This document shows positions 25,654 through 34,746 of a stretch of 34,746 nucleotides of DNA, piece after piece (the first letter of the stretch is position 1; each line of letters opens with the position of its first letter). Where the stretch lies: IMG/VR virus record IMGVR_UViG_3300020403_000040, positions 1 to 34,746 of that record; one strand, written 5' to 3'. This DNA is from a virus (lineage: Duplodnaviria; Caudoviricetes). The translations under genes and the position numbers were made by a program. The notes beneath the pieces were generated by a model. That model made no database searches, was not told the DNA's origin, and saw nothing but the letters and a program-made list of their open reading frames with translations.

Positions 25654-26420
25654 TAGCCATAGTACCCGGAATCGAATCCTCTTTGATCAAATCTTAAATG
25701 TGTTTCTATTATAGCATCATTTACATTTCTTGCTTTTATATTATTAGACTCTCTAGTACCAGCTTCTGTTTTAATAAAATTATCATATAAGGCTAATTGT
25801 TGTGCAGCTGTCAAATCAGTATCAGCATTACCATCTCTATATCTTGCTAATGCTGTTTTATAGTCAAATGCAGCATCATCTCCAGAGTTTTGATAAAGTA
25901 CATCATATTTGTTTTCTGATTTACTATACTGTAATAATGAACCTCTATGTAAAACCATGTCTCCTTCAGACATGTTAATACCGTTTTCTTTAATATTAGG
26001 ATATGTAGATCTCCAACTAGAAAAACCTTCTGCTCTTAAAGTTGTTTTAACTACTGCAACATTTTTATCGCTTATCATACTTAAAGGTAAATCTGCATAA
26101 TCTAATATACCTAAAAAAGGACCGTAAAATTCTAATCTATTAAGTTCTTGATCAATAATTTCATTTGTGATATATTCAGCTTCAATGAAGTTATTAATCT
26201 TGATAAACGCAGTACGCAAAGGATCACCGTCATTAGCATTAGGAGCAGTACCAATATCAACAACTGTTGATTCAGTAGTGCGCCTATCAGTGCTAGTATA
26301 TTGGATAATATTTCCATCTGAATCCTTAACGTTTGGAATAAGATCTGGCTCACTTGCTGACCTACCTTGTGGGTACAAGTGAAAATCTAATCTTCTATTT
26401 AGCGATGCGTATCTAGCCAT
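25653..26420 (-). CDS. Structural protein with a gp9/gp10-type N-terminal motif
   Basis: VVDIGTAPNANDGDPLRTAFIKINN. Confidence 0.6.
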   Translation of the reverse strand: MARYASLNRRLDFHLYPQGRSASEPDLIPNVKDSDGNIIQYTSTDRRTTESTVVDIGTAPNANDGDPLRTAFIKINNFIEAEYITNEIIDQELNRLEFYGPFLGILDYADLPLSMISDKNVAVVKTTLRAEGFSSWRSTYPNIKENGINMSEGDMVLHRGSLLQYSKSENKYDVLYQNSGDDAAFDYKTALARYRDGNADTDLTAAQQLALYDNFIKTEAGTRESNNIKARNVNDAIIETHLRFDQRGFDSGYYG

Positions 26421-26598
26421 TCTTTTCTACTAACTTTTCTAATAAACTTTCTATTCTATTTATTTTATTTTCTAGATTGTCAATTCTTTCCTTTTCAGCT
26501 CTTCTCTTTTTAGCAGCTTCATAAATTTTCCAATCTGTAGTTATAACCGCAGCATCTCTTTTTATTAAGTTACTATGTCCTCTTACCTTTACACTCAT
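26413..26598 (-). CDS. Small coiled-coil hypothetical protein
   Basis: VKVRGHSNLIK..AVI, C-terminal heptads RIDNLENKINRIESLLEKL; directly follows the VrlC-like gene. Confidence 0.7.
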   Translation of the reverse strand: MSVKVRGHSNLIKRDAAVITTDWKIYEAAKKRRAEKERIDNLENKINRIESLLEKLVEKNG

Positions 26599-26602
26599 AA
26601 TA

Positions 26603-29600
26603 TTATATGTCAGCTATAATTCTTAAATCTTTTATGCGAGGAATCTGAGCTTCGTTTTCAGTAATCATTCTTATTCTAATCTTAAAGGATGTAAATTCAA
26701 AAGGTACATTTGCACTAACTGTATATTCTTTAAAATCAGTATCTGAAGTAAACGGTCCATTATTAGATTCAGTAATAAATTGTGTTACTTTAAAGTCTTC
26801 AAAAGCAATATCTTCAAATGGAGTAGTATCACCTTTTTGTCTTGCTTTATATGCAAACTCTAATTTAGACCCAGGTTCCATATCAGCGTCAAACTTAATT
26901 GTAAAACCATCTGCTGGAATTTCTAAATCAATTTGTTTTGTAACATAAGCACTAAATTCATCTTCTGATTTTATTGCAGATAGTCTAGAAGTGTATTCTT
27001 GAATAGTTGAATCAGTACTACCACTAGTAATAGATGTCGTAGTTAAACCTTCTATGTCAGAATCATTTAGTAATGTACCTACTATGTTTCTAAACACAAC
27101 AGGGTTAAGTGAATCTCTAACTCTAAATGAAGGTGAACTATATATGTTTGTACTATCTAAAGTATATCTCATAACTAGATCATTTGACGTAGAGTTTAAC
27201 AAGTTTCTAACAATATGAGGTTCTTCTAACTCAGTATATTCATTTATATCTATAGGTACTTCAACCCCTGAAGTAACATTTGCTAAAGAATCGTTCTTAA
27301 TTTTATTAGAATCAACTACTAGATTAAGAGAGTTAGTAGTAGCTGAGGTTAAGAAACCGTTAACTTGATCATCTTCCTGTCCTTTAAAGAAAGGTACGTT
27401 AGCTTGTAAACTATCAAATACAATTGGTTGAGTTGCAAATGTATTAAAGATAGGTACAGGAGGATTACCTGATGAAGTTGCTTTAGTTGTAGTTTTTACA
27501 AAGTAAGAATCTAAAGTAGCAAACAACACATCATGAGTCCCATTAAGCTCTGAATCAGGAATACCATTAAAGTTATTAGGAGTACCGAATCTATCAAAAC
27601 CTTCTAAAGTAACTTCTGCATTATTAAAGTGCATACCATGATTAGGATGATTTATTCTTACATAGTTACTATTCTCAAAAGTTTCAATAGCTAATCCTCT
27701 ATTAAAAGCTCCAATGTCTGCTTTATATGTCTTAAGATTGCTTAACTCATTTTTCATGGTAAAGGTAGATGTTGGTGGTACACCTGTACCGTCAATATCA
27801 AAATTAGCTCTATTCAATCTAAATGTTAGATCCATATTCTGTTCAGCAGTCCATGTAGTCTGATTTTGCGAAACAAAGAACGAGCCAAAATAGCCCCCTA
27901 CGTTAGGTTGATTTTCATGTATACCAGAGCCATCTAAAAGTTGCTGACCTATTTCTGCTATAAAGACTTCTGTAGCATCAGAAGGTGATTTTATAACTAT
28001 AGAATATTCAGTATCACCTTTTAAGTAAATAGGTTCTTTAAATCTAAAGTTAGTAAAGTTTGTAGCAGTTGGAGATTCTACTTCCATTGATTTATCTACA
28101 TTTACAAAACCTGTATGTCCTATAACATGTTTTGGACCACCAGGATAACCGTTTACTGATTCTCTGATATCAATAATAATTTTATCCATTCCTGGTCTTG
28201 TATCTACAAAACACATCCAAAGATCAATAGAAGTAACGATAGCTACTGGTTCAGTACCAAAAATATCTCCAGCAAGAATTTGCGCAGTAGTAGGATCACC
28301 TTTAGTAGGTAATTTAAAGAGTTGAGCAATAGGATCACCACTATCTCCTCCACCATTATCATCATCTGGCGGATCAGGAATTCTAAACGAAGATTGACTT
28401 ACTACTTGTCTGCCAAGATTTGTAGTATCAATTCTTTTATCATCTACATCAGCTATTACATCTGCAAAATCTCTGTGACCTATAGACGTAAAGATAGTAG
28501 AAGCACTTGAAGCTCTTCCACTTATTGCAACATCTCTAATTATAACTCTTTCTTCACCTGCTTTAAAAGTTTGATAAGGTATATTAAATGATCCAGATGT
28601 TGCTCCATTAGCATCAGTATTGATACTTGGAATAATAGTAGTGTCACCCATAACTAATTCATGTTCAGTATTAGCTCTTAAACCATCAACTTCGAAAGTA
28701 ATACCACCTGATGGATTTATCATAAAGTAATCTTGCAAGTTTTGAATTACTTCAGAACCTGTAATAGTTTCACTTGGTTTAGTACCATCTATAACTCTAG
28801 GAGAACCAAAAGTAGTAGTAGTTACCCTTCTTCTAGCTTGAGTAGTGGTAGTAGTAACTACATTGCCTACTTGAGAAGAAGATGTACTTCTAGCGCCAAA
28901 CCATTCAGTTCTAGAGGAACTAGAACCTCCTGGAGATGCTGTTGTTACTCTTAAGAATTGACTGAACGTATCTGAATCACCACTAAACGGTCTCACTCTT
29001 CCATTAAACCTTGTAAAGTAATTATTTACTCTAGTTCTCCAATGGTGTTCAGAAGGTGTAATCTGTAACTCACCTCTATAAATCCAAGTTGCAAACGGAT
29101 TAATTAGATGACATCTAGTTGCTTGAGGTTGAGATAAAAATTCTTCTTCGTTATACTTCTTTATTACAATATCTGCATTATTATAATAATAGCTGTCTAT
29201 ACTTTCACTGCTAGATAATTCCATAGGAATAGGAACACCTTCAGTTTGTCCCGGAATCAATATATTATCTACTACATCAATTGAAGCGTTATATTCAGGG
29301 TGTTCAGTATCGGCTGAACTATTAGGGTTATTCTCTGCTAAAGAAAAGTCATCAACTACAAATCCAGACTTTGCTCTATCATCTAAATTATCATGCAAAG
29401 CTTGAGACTCTAATAAAGATAATGCTACAGAAGTTTCTAATCGGTTAACTCTATCTTCTATTTTACCGATATCTCTCATAGTGTATCTTTTATTATCTAC
29501 TTTTTCAACATCAATCTCTTCTTCTGCATATCTTAACCCACCAGGAATAGTAAGATAAAATAACGCCATAGCATCTTTTACTTCTTGTGGCTTTTTAGGA

Positions 29601-32302
29601 TTTTTTAGAGCTGGGTTACCTTTTTGAAAGATTAAAGCATTATCTTTGTCAATACTAATGCTTGTAATATTTCCTTGAAACTGCTCAAAGTCAGTAGTAA
29701 AGACAGTATCTGGTTTAATTCTTGGTTGTTTAAAATAGTTTCTTGACTTAAAATACAAAGGTGATTCAGTAATATCAGTAACTATATCTTCAACTCTAAA
29801 TCTGAAGTCTATTGAGTTTCTTAAGTCTCTACCTTTATTTCCTGGTTTATCATTAACAGGTTGTGGTTCATTATAAAATCTTACATCATCTTTGTAATAA
29901 TCGAATTTACTATAACTATCAGTACTGTAATAAAAAGTGTTAATAGGACTAGCAGTAAAGTAAGAGTAGAATACAATAATATCATTTGATGCAGGAGCTT
30001 GTTTACCTCTAGCTCTTACAAGCCTGCCAATATCATAGAATTCACTTCTTTGACCATTATCTAAATTATATAAACCGTCTATACTACGACCTGTAGCTGC
30101 AGTAGCGCTAGTATAAGTTATAGGACTAGTATATGCTGATGTACCTGCTGGTGATGTTACTTTAAGAGGTTCATTTGCAGTAAATTCGGTATTCTTTTGA
30201 TATATGATTTCTAAAGTTGAAGTAGAACCAGTTCCAGTTAAGAAGCTATGATAACCTGAAGTACCAGCTATATCACCTGCTCCAGTTGAGGTAGCATTTT
30301 GTAAAACTACTAATGCTTCAGTACCAGAAGTTAATCCTTTTATTACTGATCCTACAGGTACTAAACCAGTAGTAGATATTTCTATTCTAGGAAACTGACC
30401 AGTAGAAAATGAAGAACTTGTAGTTTCGTTTATTCCATAAACTTTATATACATCTGGATAGGCTAATGAAATTTGAGCATCTTGAGCTGACCATCCAAAG
30501 TTAACTCCTGTACGAGCTGCTGAACCTGTATTTTTAATCTTTACATATTTAAAGTTTATATTCTTTTCAATCTCTTCTTGATCATCAACTCTGCTTTCAT
30601 TCCAATAACCATTCATAGTACCTGAAGCCAAACCAGTGTCTTCAAGAATAGTAAAGTCATTATCAAATACTGTTGCAGTACCTCTAAGAGTTTTTATCTC
30701 GTTAGATAAAGTGTTTATCAGTTCTGGATTAAGATTAAGCGGTTCAGAAACTGAAGCAGTAAAACCTCCGGCTCCTGATACACTAACTACATCATTTAAC
30801 TCAAACACTTGAGAGTTACTAACTGTAACAGAAGCTCCTATTGTAGCTACAGTAGATGTTACATTTTGAGAGAAAGGTATTCTACCTGACCAACCTATTA
30901 GAGTTGTAGCATTTCCTGTTACACCTGCTTGACCATCAGCGTTATAAACATAACCTACTTGTCTGCCCACTTTAATATCGTTACCATCGGAAACTGTAAT
31001 AGATGAATTAGTAACAATAACCTGAAACATCTTAACGTCATAAACATACAAGCTATTGTTAAGAAAACCATAAGCACGTGCTACACCAATTACATCACCA
31101 TCAGAATCTTTTAGTTGTAATCTATTAGCATACGTATAAGGATCACTTCCTGTTTGCCCTGGTAAAGTTCCAGAAGATGATGAAACTAAAAAGTTTGTAA
31201 TATTATTAAACGGTACTTTAAAATTATTAGTTCTAACCGCATCAGTATTTTTAGTAAAGTTAAAGTTTCTAGGAGCTGAAAGTTCTACTTCAAAACCTTT
31301 AACATAAGCTTTAGATGGACCAACTCTAAGATCGTAAGTATCTGAATCTAAATCGGTGATAGTTAGCGGGAAAGGTCTAACACTATAATTACCTGATTCA
31401 TCATATGTTCTTCTAGCTAAAGTATTTCCTATATCTGAATATTGAGGGTTACCTTTTATCTTATCAGTAATAACTCCATTTTCTATAGTTACTACTCTAA
31501 AGAAATCTTCTTCATCTTCTGCGTCTATATTAACAACTGCAAATGATAATGTTTGTTTTAATCTGTGCGAGCCGGGTGCACCTTCATTAGATGTGCCTCT
31601 AGCATTATCATAAAGAGTAGAATCATTATTTTGAGTTGTTATTGATTGTTCTGCTCTAAAACCTAATTTAGCTGTAGGTGTTTGAGATGAAGTGCTTATT
31701 GCTACAGTCTGTCTAGGAACTCTAGTAAAGAAACCGTTAACATAATAAATGCCTTCAGCTATTTCACCTATACAAGAAGGTGATTTAGCACTAAAGGTGT
31801 TTACTAATTCAGAAGTAACTGTACCTGGATTATCAGCTATGGTAGCATAGATAAATCCGCTATCACCAAATTCTTTAGCAGTAATATATTGAACAAATAG
31901 GTTACCGACATTACTTAAGGTATTTGAAGAAGCTGGTTGTTTAATAACTCTAGCTCTAACTGAACCGTCTGCGCTTGTTATAATTTTACCTTCTAAAGTA
32001 GCAATATTAGCTATACTTGAACCTGTCCTAGCATTTTCTAAAGGAAAAGAAGCGTTACCTGAGCCTGATAAGAAAAGACGGTGAACATTATTTGTAATTG
32101 ATACGCCACCTTCACTAACTCTTGAACCGTTTTTGAAAACATGATCACCAAATCTATTAACTTGGTTTTGCATAAACGATTGTAAGGTTGTTAACTCTCT
32201 TGCTTGAACTGGAAAACCAGGACGAAATAGGACCCTTAGAAAATCTTTATCAGGATCAAAATCATCGAAGTAAGGAGATACGTTTAAGTTTATATTAGCC
32301 AT
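26603..32302 (-). CDS. Large baseplate/virion structural protein (VrlC / DUF4815-like)
   Basis: NLNVSPYFDDFD..RVLFRPGFPVQARELTTLQ, APGSHRLK, LARRTYDESGNY, RYTMRDIGKIEDR, KSGFVVDDF, DPIAQ, PRIKDLRIIA. Confidence 0.88.
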   Translation of the reverse strand: MANINLNVSPYFDDFDPDKDFLRVLFRPGFPVQARELTTLQSFMQNQVNRFGDHVFKNGSRVSEGGVSITNNVHRLFLSGSGNASFPLENARTGSSIANIATLEGKIITSADGSVRARVIKQPASSNTLSNVGNLFVQYITAKEFGDSGFIYATIADNPGTVTSELVNTFSAKSPSCIGEIAEGIYYVNGFFTRVPRQTVAISTSSQTPTAKLGFRAEQSITTQNNDSTLYDNARGTSNEGAPGSHRLKQTLSFAVVNIDAEDEEDFFRVVTIENGVITDKIKGNPQYSDIGNTLARRTYDESGNYSVRPFPLTITDLDSDTYDLRVGPSKAYVKGFEVELSAPRNFNFTKNTDAVRTNNFKVPFNNITNFLVSSSSGTLPGQTGSDPYTYANRLQLKDSDGDVIGVARAYGFLNNSLYVYDVKMFQVIVTNSSITVSDGNDIKVGRQVGYVYNADGQAGVTGNATTLIGWSGRIPFSQNVTSTVATIGASVTVSNSQVFELNDVVSVSGAGGFTASVSEPLNLNPELINTLSNEIKTLRGTATVFDNDFTILEDTGLASGTMNGYWNESRVDDQEEIEKNINFKYVKIKNTGSAARTGVNFGWSAQDAQISLAYPDVYKVYGINETTSSSFSTGQFPRIEISTTGLVPVGSVIKGLTSGTEALVVLQNATSTGAGDIAGTSGYHSFLTGTGSTSTLEIIYQKNTEFTANEPLKVTSPAGTSAYTSPITYTSATAATGRSIDGLYNLDNGQRSEFYDIGRLVRARGKQAPASNDIIVFYSYFTASPINTFYYSTDSYSKFDYYKDDVRFYNEPQPVNDKPGNKGRDLRNSIDFRFRVEDIVTDITESPLYFKSRNYFKQPRIKPDTVFTTDFEQFQGNITSISIDKDNALIFQKGNPALKNPKKPQEVKDAMALFYLTIPGGLRYAEEEIDVEKVDNKRYTMRDIGKIEDRVNRLETSVALSLLESQALHDNLDDRAKSGFVVDDFSLAENNPNSSADTEHPEYNASIDVVDNILIPGQTEGVPIPMELSSSESIDSYYYNNADIVIKKYNEEEFLSQPQATRCHLINPFATWIYRGELQITPSEHHWRTRVNNYFTRFNGRVRPFSGDSDTFSQFLRVTTASPGGSSSSRTEWFGARSTSSSQVGNVVTTTTTQARRRVTTTTFGSPRVIDGTKPSETITGSEVIQNLQDYFMINPSGGITFEVDGLRANTEHELVMGDTTIIPSINTDANGATSGSFNIPYQTFKAGEERVIIRDVAISGRASSASTIFTSIGHRDFADVIADVDDKRIDTTNLGRQVVSQSSFRIPDPPDDDNGGGDSGDPIAQLFKLPTKGDPTTAQILAGDIFGTEPVAIVTSIDLWMCFVDTRPGMDKIIIDIRESVNGYPGGPKHVIGHTGFVNVDKSMEVESPTATNFTNFRFKEPIYLKGDTEYSIVIKSPSDATEVFIAEIGQQLLDGSGIHENQPNVGGYFGSFFVSQNQTTWTAEQNMDLTFRLNRANFDIDGTGVPPTSTFTMKNELSNLKTYKADIGAFNRGLAIETFENSNYVRINHPNHGMHFNNAEVTLEGFDRFGTPNNFNGIPDSELNGTHDVLFATLDSYFVKTTTKATSSGNPPVPIFNTFATQPIVFDSLQANVPFFKGQEDDQVNGFLTSATTNSLNLVVDSNKIKNDSLANVTSGVEVPIDINEYTELEEPHIVRNLLNSTSNDLVMRYTLDSTNIYSSPSFRVRDSLNPVVFRNIVGTLLNDSDIEGLTTTSITSGSTDSTIQEYTSRLSAIKSEDEFSAYVTKQIDLEIPADGFTIKFDADMEPGSKLEFAYKARQKGDTTPFEDIAFEDFKVTQFITESNNGPFTSDTDFKEYTVSANVPFEFTSFKIRIRMITENEAQIPRIKDLRIIADI

Positions 32303-32320
32303 TTTTCACCGTAATTTAAT

Positions 32321-32328
32321 TATTTATC
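32321..32328 (-). promoter_or_regulatory. T4-type late promoter-like box (GATAAATA)
   Basis: At the gp8 stop, upstream of SD GGTGA and the ATG at 32302. Confidence 0.55.
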
Positions 32329-33757
32329 AGAAACTTAGTACAAAATTTATAGATTCAATTTGATCTTGAGATCTAATTAATGGACGAGCTTTCCAGTCAG
32401 CAACTATTAACTCTCCAGAATTAAAAATAATATCTCTATCAAAAGTTTTGTTTATAGTATGAATTTTATTAACACCATCTATTAGAACAACTTGTTCACT
32501 ATCGGTAAATTTTTCATGTTCTTTATCGTTAACAAAATTAATGTAGTATACTCTATTCAAATCAATAGCAACTACTCTTGCTCTTCTTCCATCATCAACA
32601 GGATGAGGTTTAATTATATCGTTTACATTATAAGAAGCTGTTGTTGCATCAACTTTAAAACTCTTACAAGCTACATAAAAATCTTGAGATGCTATATTTT
32701 CCGTTGCTATATCAATAGGGTTTCTTATCAAGTTTGCCATTTGATATTGATTTTGAGCTAAAGGTAAAAACTCATCTTGAGGTATATTTCTAGAAACCAG
32801 CATAATATTTACCGCATTAAGATCACTAGGAGCATCTGAACCATGACCTAAACCACCAGCTATCTTAGATGTACAACCAGGCAGTAGTTTCCCATCTTGA
32901 TCTTTTACTTTCAATACACCTACATATCCTAATCCGTTTTGAGTAAGAGCAGGTTTAAATGAGTTTGACTCAGAATCATATCTAATTGTTGCTTGAAAAT
33001 GTTGTTCAATTAAATCGCTATCTAATCTAGAATCTGACACTCTAACTTGAACTGTTCTATCTAAAGTCCAATCACTATCTCTTCCTGCTTTTAAAGTATC
33101 ACTATCAAAAGCAAAACCATATACAGCTCCTAGCTGAGCGTTTTCTTGTACTGCATATTGTAAGTATCTAGAAGTACCGGGAACTAAAGTAGCAGCTTCT
33201 TCTTCTGTTACTCTTTCAGGCACAGGCATAAATTCTGAGTTAAGAAATCTTACAGCGTCAGAATTAGATATTGAATACAAATATTGCCACACATAACCAT
33301 CTGACATAGTAATAGGAGATGCACTTGTCCCAGTTGGTGCATTTAAAGATGGTGTATTAGGAGAGAATAAACATTTATAGACATTTAATCTACCAACACC
33401 CGAAACAAACTCTCTTACTAATACATAAAAATTTTGTTCTGAAGGCCATGCATTGTAAATTCTATTATTAATCCAATCTATTCTAGGTACACATCTACTA
33501 ATTCCACCAGGTAAAATTCTATGAAGAGTTAAAGTATTCTGGTTGTAAAAAGATTGATCATCAGCAGCAAAGTCTGAATCTGCACCACCAGCAAATTCTG
33601 ATTCACTATCAAAGCTAGAAGAATAATCGTTGTAATCACTGTCTTTAGTAAAAGCAGTTGCAGCATAAAACGTTTCTTCATTTGTAGCTTTTTTCAAACT
33701 ATCAAACAAAGCTTTTGCTAACAAAATATTAATATTAGGTGTTACTTTTGCTGTCAC
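32327..33757 (-). CDS. gp8: Baseplate wedge subunit (gp8)
   Basis: VPRIDW, NFYVL, VYKCL, PTGTS, DGYVWQYLYSI, FMPV, GHGSD, ESINFVLSF. Confidence 0.88.
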   Translation of the reverse strand: MTAKVTPNINILLAKALFDSLKKATNEETFYAATAFTKDSDYNDYSSSFDSESEFAGGADSDFAADDQSFYNQNTLTLHRILPGGISRCVPRIDWINNRIYNAWPSEQNFYVLVREFVSGVGRLNVYKCLFSPNTPSLNAPTGTSASPITMSDGYVWQYLYSISNSDAVRFLNSEFMPVPERVTEEEAATLVPGTSRYLQYAVQENAQLGAVYGFAFDSDTLKAGRDSDWTLDRTVQVRVSDSRLDSDLIEQHFQATIRYDSESNSFKPALTQNGLGYVGVLKVKDQDGKLLPGCTSKIAGGLGHGSDAPSDLNAVNIMLVSRNIPQDEFLPLAQNQYQMANLIRNPIDIATENIASQDFYVACKSFKVDATTASYNVNDIIKPHPVDDGRRARVVAIDLNRVYYINFVNDKEHEKFTDSEQVVLIDGVNKIHTINKTFDRDIIFNSGELIVADWKARPLIRSQDQIESINFVLSF

Positions 33758-34746
33758 TTTACTCTTCTACCTTTCATGGAATTAAAAGTATCTCTCCAAG
33801 GCTCTAAACCTGGTCTTTGATTCTCATCATTCCAGTCAAATATATTTCCTACACTATTATTTAATACAGCTTCGTCACCTGTTTGATAGTGTGTATTCCA
33901 TATTATATTATCCGAATCTAAGTTATCCCATACTATAGGTTTCCAAGGAGTTTTTTCTTTTCTATAATCCGGCATTCTTTTTTCTGCATATGTTACGTAT
34001 AAAAATCTAGGCTTAACTTTCATATTTTGAATAAAAGAACTATATCCGTTTATTTCCCATCCTTCGCTATCCGCTCTAAATGAATTAATAAAGTTCCATT
34101 TTCTTTCATATGCATCTACATCAGTATAAACAGTACCATCCTGTTCAACAAATGTTAAAGTACCATCAAGTCTCATAGCTTTGTTTAAGTCAGTAGCTTT
34201 CTTAAACATCATTTCTTTTTTTCTATCAGTATTATACCACTTGAATGTTCTAGGATCTTGTCCAGTTTTTAATCTATTATAATCTATAGCTGTGTACACT
34301 CTGTTTTCACTATCAGTCCATCTTAAATGAAAACCAACAGGTAAATCTGAATCATAGATATCATATACATCGTTTATAGGGTCAATAAACTTAGTACTAG
34401 CTACTTGAATAGGATCATAACTTCTTCTAGTTCTAGATTCTCTTTTATAAAGATCTTGAATAGTACCATCAAACTTTTTATAGTTTTTTATTAAAGCAGA
34501 TACTTTACCACTACCATCTGAATCTTGAGAAGTAACATGTCTTATAAAAGATGTTTCAGAATCAAAATTTAAATAATTGTTGTAAAAATTATCATAATCT
34601 ACATATTCTTTTCTTACCAAACCTAAGGGCTCAAAATCAAACCAGGAAGCACCAAATTCCGATACTAGTGCTTCATCAAAACCTCTTTCAAAGCTGCTTG
34701 CAGTTAGAGCATATATTTTGTTACTTTGTTGATTATAGTATCTTGC
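33754..34746 (-). CDS. C-terminal part of a large baseplate protein (gp7 position), partial
   Basis: Frame is open past 34620 to the window edge (..ARYYNQQSNKIYALTASSFERGFDEALVSEFGASWFDFEPLGLVRKEY..); 4-nt overlap with gp8; identity inferred from synteny only. Confidence 0.6.
   Translation of the reverse strand, partial: ARYYNQQSNKIYALTASSFERGFDEALVSEFGASWFDFEPLGLVRKEYVDYDNFYNNYLNFDSETSFIRHVTSQDSDGSGKVSALIKNYKKFDGTIQDLYKRESRTRRSYDPIQVASTKFIDPINDVYDIYDSDLPVGFHLRWTDSENRVYTAIDYNRLKTGQDPRTFKWYNTDRKKEMMFKKATDLNKAMRLDGTLTFVEQDGTVYTDVDAYERKWNFINSFRADSEGWEINGYSSFIQNMKVKPRFLYVTYAEKRMPDYRKEKTPWKPIVWDNLDSDNIIWNTHYQTGDEAVLNNSVGNIFDWNDENQRPGLEPWRDTFNSMKGRRVK

Noticed and set aside
28321-28380. Acidic linker PDPPDDDNGGGDSGDP before DPIAQ in the VrlC-like protein
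   Set aside because: Looks like an ordinary variable low-complexity linker; no intein motifs
20688-32761. Short track ORFs at 20688, 23323, 25909, 26132, 26167, 28322, 28733 and 32492
   Set aside because: Shadow or alternate-frame ORFs inside structural genes
1-34746. tRNA/rRNA genes, intrinsic terminators, alternative genetic code
   Set aside because: Intergenic gaps are very short with no cloverleaf or GC hairpin plus U-tract seen; genes tile densely under the standard code using TAA, TAG and TGA stops

Overview
AT-rich segment of a T4-like myovirus genome resembling marine T4-like phages; the host cannot be determined from this window. The minus strand carries the virion module: putative gp7 (partial), gp8, a 1899-aa VrlC/DUF4815-like protein, two gp9/gp10-like proteins, gp14, gp15, fibre-like proteins, gp16, gp17, and a giant fibre ORF (4013 to <1, at least 1337 aa) missing from the ORF track. 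Inserted in this module is a 13.3-kb, 20-gene tailoring-enzyme island (6346-19673): a fatty-acid desaturase, about 10 2OG-Fe(II) oxygenases, a sulfotransferase, a B12 radical SAM, a SPASM/twitch radical SAM, an SDR, a nitroreductase, a methyltransferase, two glycosyltransferases and one unknown. The island contains a perfect palindromic bidirectional T4 late promoter. The strongest signal is the tripeptide D-S-[D/E]. My manual counts are about 47 in the giant fibre and about 46 in the other structural proteins, versus about 2 in about 4500 aa of island enzymes and 0 in the terminases. It is encoded by varied synonymous codons. I infer, without proof, a phage-encoded, late-expressed system that post-translationally decorates the virion at a DS[DE] sequon.
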